The notes under the pieces are model-generated. The model did no database searches and was not told where the DNA came from. It saw nothing but the letters and a program-made list of their open reading frames with translations. 64,000 nt of DNA from Acidimicrobiia bacterium (GTDB taxonomy: Bacteria > Actinomycetota > Acidimicrobiia > Spongiisociales > ZC4RG35): NCBI GenBank assembly GCA_044867525.1, contig JBIOVB010000107.1:25419-89418 (forward strand), read 5' to 3'. Both the position numbers and the translations under genes were made by a program. Below are positions 63,422 through 64,000 of the stretch, piece after piece. Numbering within the stretch: position 1 is the first letter of the stretch; each line of letters starts with the position of its first letter.

Positions 63422-64000
63422 ATGAGAGTTTTCATAGCCGGAGCAACCGGCGCCATCGGACATCGGCTGGTGCCGTTGCTGGTCGACGCCGGCCACCAGG
63501 TGACGGGGACCACCCGGACCCCCGCGAAGATGGATGGCTTGCGACTGGCGGGAGCCACCCCACTCCTGCTCGACGGCCGCGACGGCCCTGCCGTAGGTCG
63601 CGCGGTGCTCGATTCGGCACCCGAGGTCGTGATCCATCAGATGACTGCGCTCTCGGGTGACCTCGACTTCCGCCATTTTGCGAGGACCTTCGCCGAGACC
63701 AACCGCTTGCGCACCGAGACCACCGATCGGCTGATCGAGGCCGCGGTCGAGGCCGGCGCCCGGCGCTTCATCGCCCAGAGCTTCACGGGCTGGCCAAACG
63801 AGCAGAGCGGGAGCCGGGTGAAGACCGAAGAGGATCCGCTGCTCGTCAATCCCACGGGGCCGGTCAAGGAGACGGTCGAGGCCATCCTGCATCTCGAGAG
63901 TGTGACCACGGGCTCGGCTGGGATCGAGGGTCTCGCCCTTCGGTACGGCGGCTTCTACGGCGCGGGAAACGCCCTCGGTAAGGGCGGGGCGATGCTCGAG
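63422..64000 (+). CDS. NAD(P)-binding NmrA/SDR-like epimerase-dehydratase family protein. The gene runs off the window edge, so it is 3'-truncated here.
   Basis: N-terminal Rossmann motif MRVFIAGATGAIGHRLVPLL. Confidence 0.7.
   Translation, partial: MRVFIAGATGAIGHRLVPLLVDAGHQVTGTTRTPAKMDGLRLAGATPLLLDGRDGPAVGRAVLDSAPEVVIHQMTALSGDLDFRHFARTFAETNRLRTETTDRLIEAAVEAGARRFIAQSFTGWPNEQSGSRVKTEEDPLLVNPTGPVKETVEAILHLESVTTGSAGIEGLALRYGGFYGAGNALGKGGAMLE

Noticed and set aside
1-64000. Search for tRNA/rRNA genes, CRISPR arrays, IS elements, integrases, phage genes and toxin-antitoxin pairs
   Set aside because: - No intergenic gap exceeds about 200 bp.
- I saw no cloverleaf-like conserved tRNA blocks (GTTCGAATC-type T-loops), no transposase/integrase/Cas motifs and no regularly spaced short repeats.
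- Absence is by eye only and should be confirmed with tRNAscan-SE, Infernal and ISfinder.

Overview
This is a high-GC (about 68-70% by eye) chromosomal segment of actinobacterial type, densely packed with roughly 70 protein-coding genes on both strands. I found no rRNA or tRNA genes, no CRISPR array, and no transposase, integrase or phage genes. Coding regions were called from the supplied ORF track plus motif recognition. Many track ORFs are antisense or out-of-frame artefacts typical of GC-rich DNA and were not called. Start codons were trimmed where an N-terminal extension overlapped a neighbouring gene; these trimmed starts are the least certain coordinates.

Content by region:
- 1-8 kb: transketolase N-terminal portion (runs off the edge), an ECF sigma factor coupled by a 4-nt overlap to an unusual Ogt with a C-terminal Ada-type zinc domain, an MFS transporter, dienelactone hydrolase and an aldehyde dehydrogenase.
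- 8-14 kb: a standalone LigD-type NHEJ polymerase gene and a standalone ATP-dependent DNA ligase gene, separated by a duplicated ABC-2 exporter operon (ATPase-permease-ATPase-permease).
- 14-27 kb: envelope and housekeeping genes, including a Ca/Na antiporter, a coiled-coil lytic transglycosylase, RidA, a Zn peptidase, MsrA, two tandem S41 protease lipoproteins, Maf and Dus.
- 28-31 kb: hutU plus an arginase-family hutG candidate.
- 31-37 kb: an ABC exporter (ATPase plus two permeases) with a Thr-rich lipoprotein, then nitroreductase and a hotdog thioesterase.
- 37-45 kb: a PabB-PabC fusion, DeoD, a NEW3/NPCBM-like surface protein with an ABC pair, AzlCD and an NCS2 purine permease.
- 45-55 kb: the most unusual locus. 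Three secreted proteins (class A beta-lactamase/PBP-like, VanW-like, CAP/PR-1-like) each carry 2-3 copies of the same roughly 61-aa repeat. I read it as a divergent S-layer-homology (SLH) module with a conserved Cys pair (GCNPPxNxRFCP). A soluble class III nucleotidyl cyclase is translationally coupled to the first of them; zwf and corA lie between. The cluster also holds a sulfite-oxidase-family Moco protein overlapping an FNR-like flavin reductase.
- 55-64 kb: an OmpR-type two-component system divergent from a fasciclin-lipoprotein/DM13 pair, a large S33-family alpha/beta-hydrolase lipoprotein, GNAT, a SigJ-like ECF sigma and a partial NmrA-like gene.

Small regulatory candidates: a 36-bp near-perfect palindrome (42617-42652), a hairpin before the NCS2 permease, phased TTTCGAG direct repeats in the regulator/fasciclin intergenic region, and TGTGACA-N12-TGTCACA next to the SigJ-like gene.

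Caveat: my own base counting drifts by about 1 nt against the ORF track in places, so motif coordinates are +/-1-2 nt.
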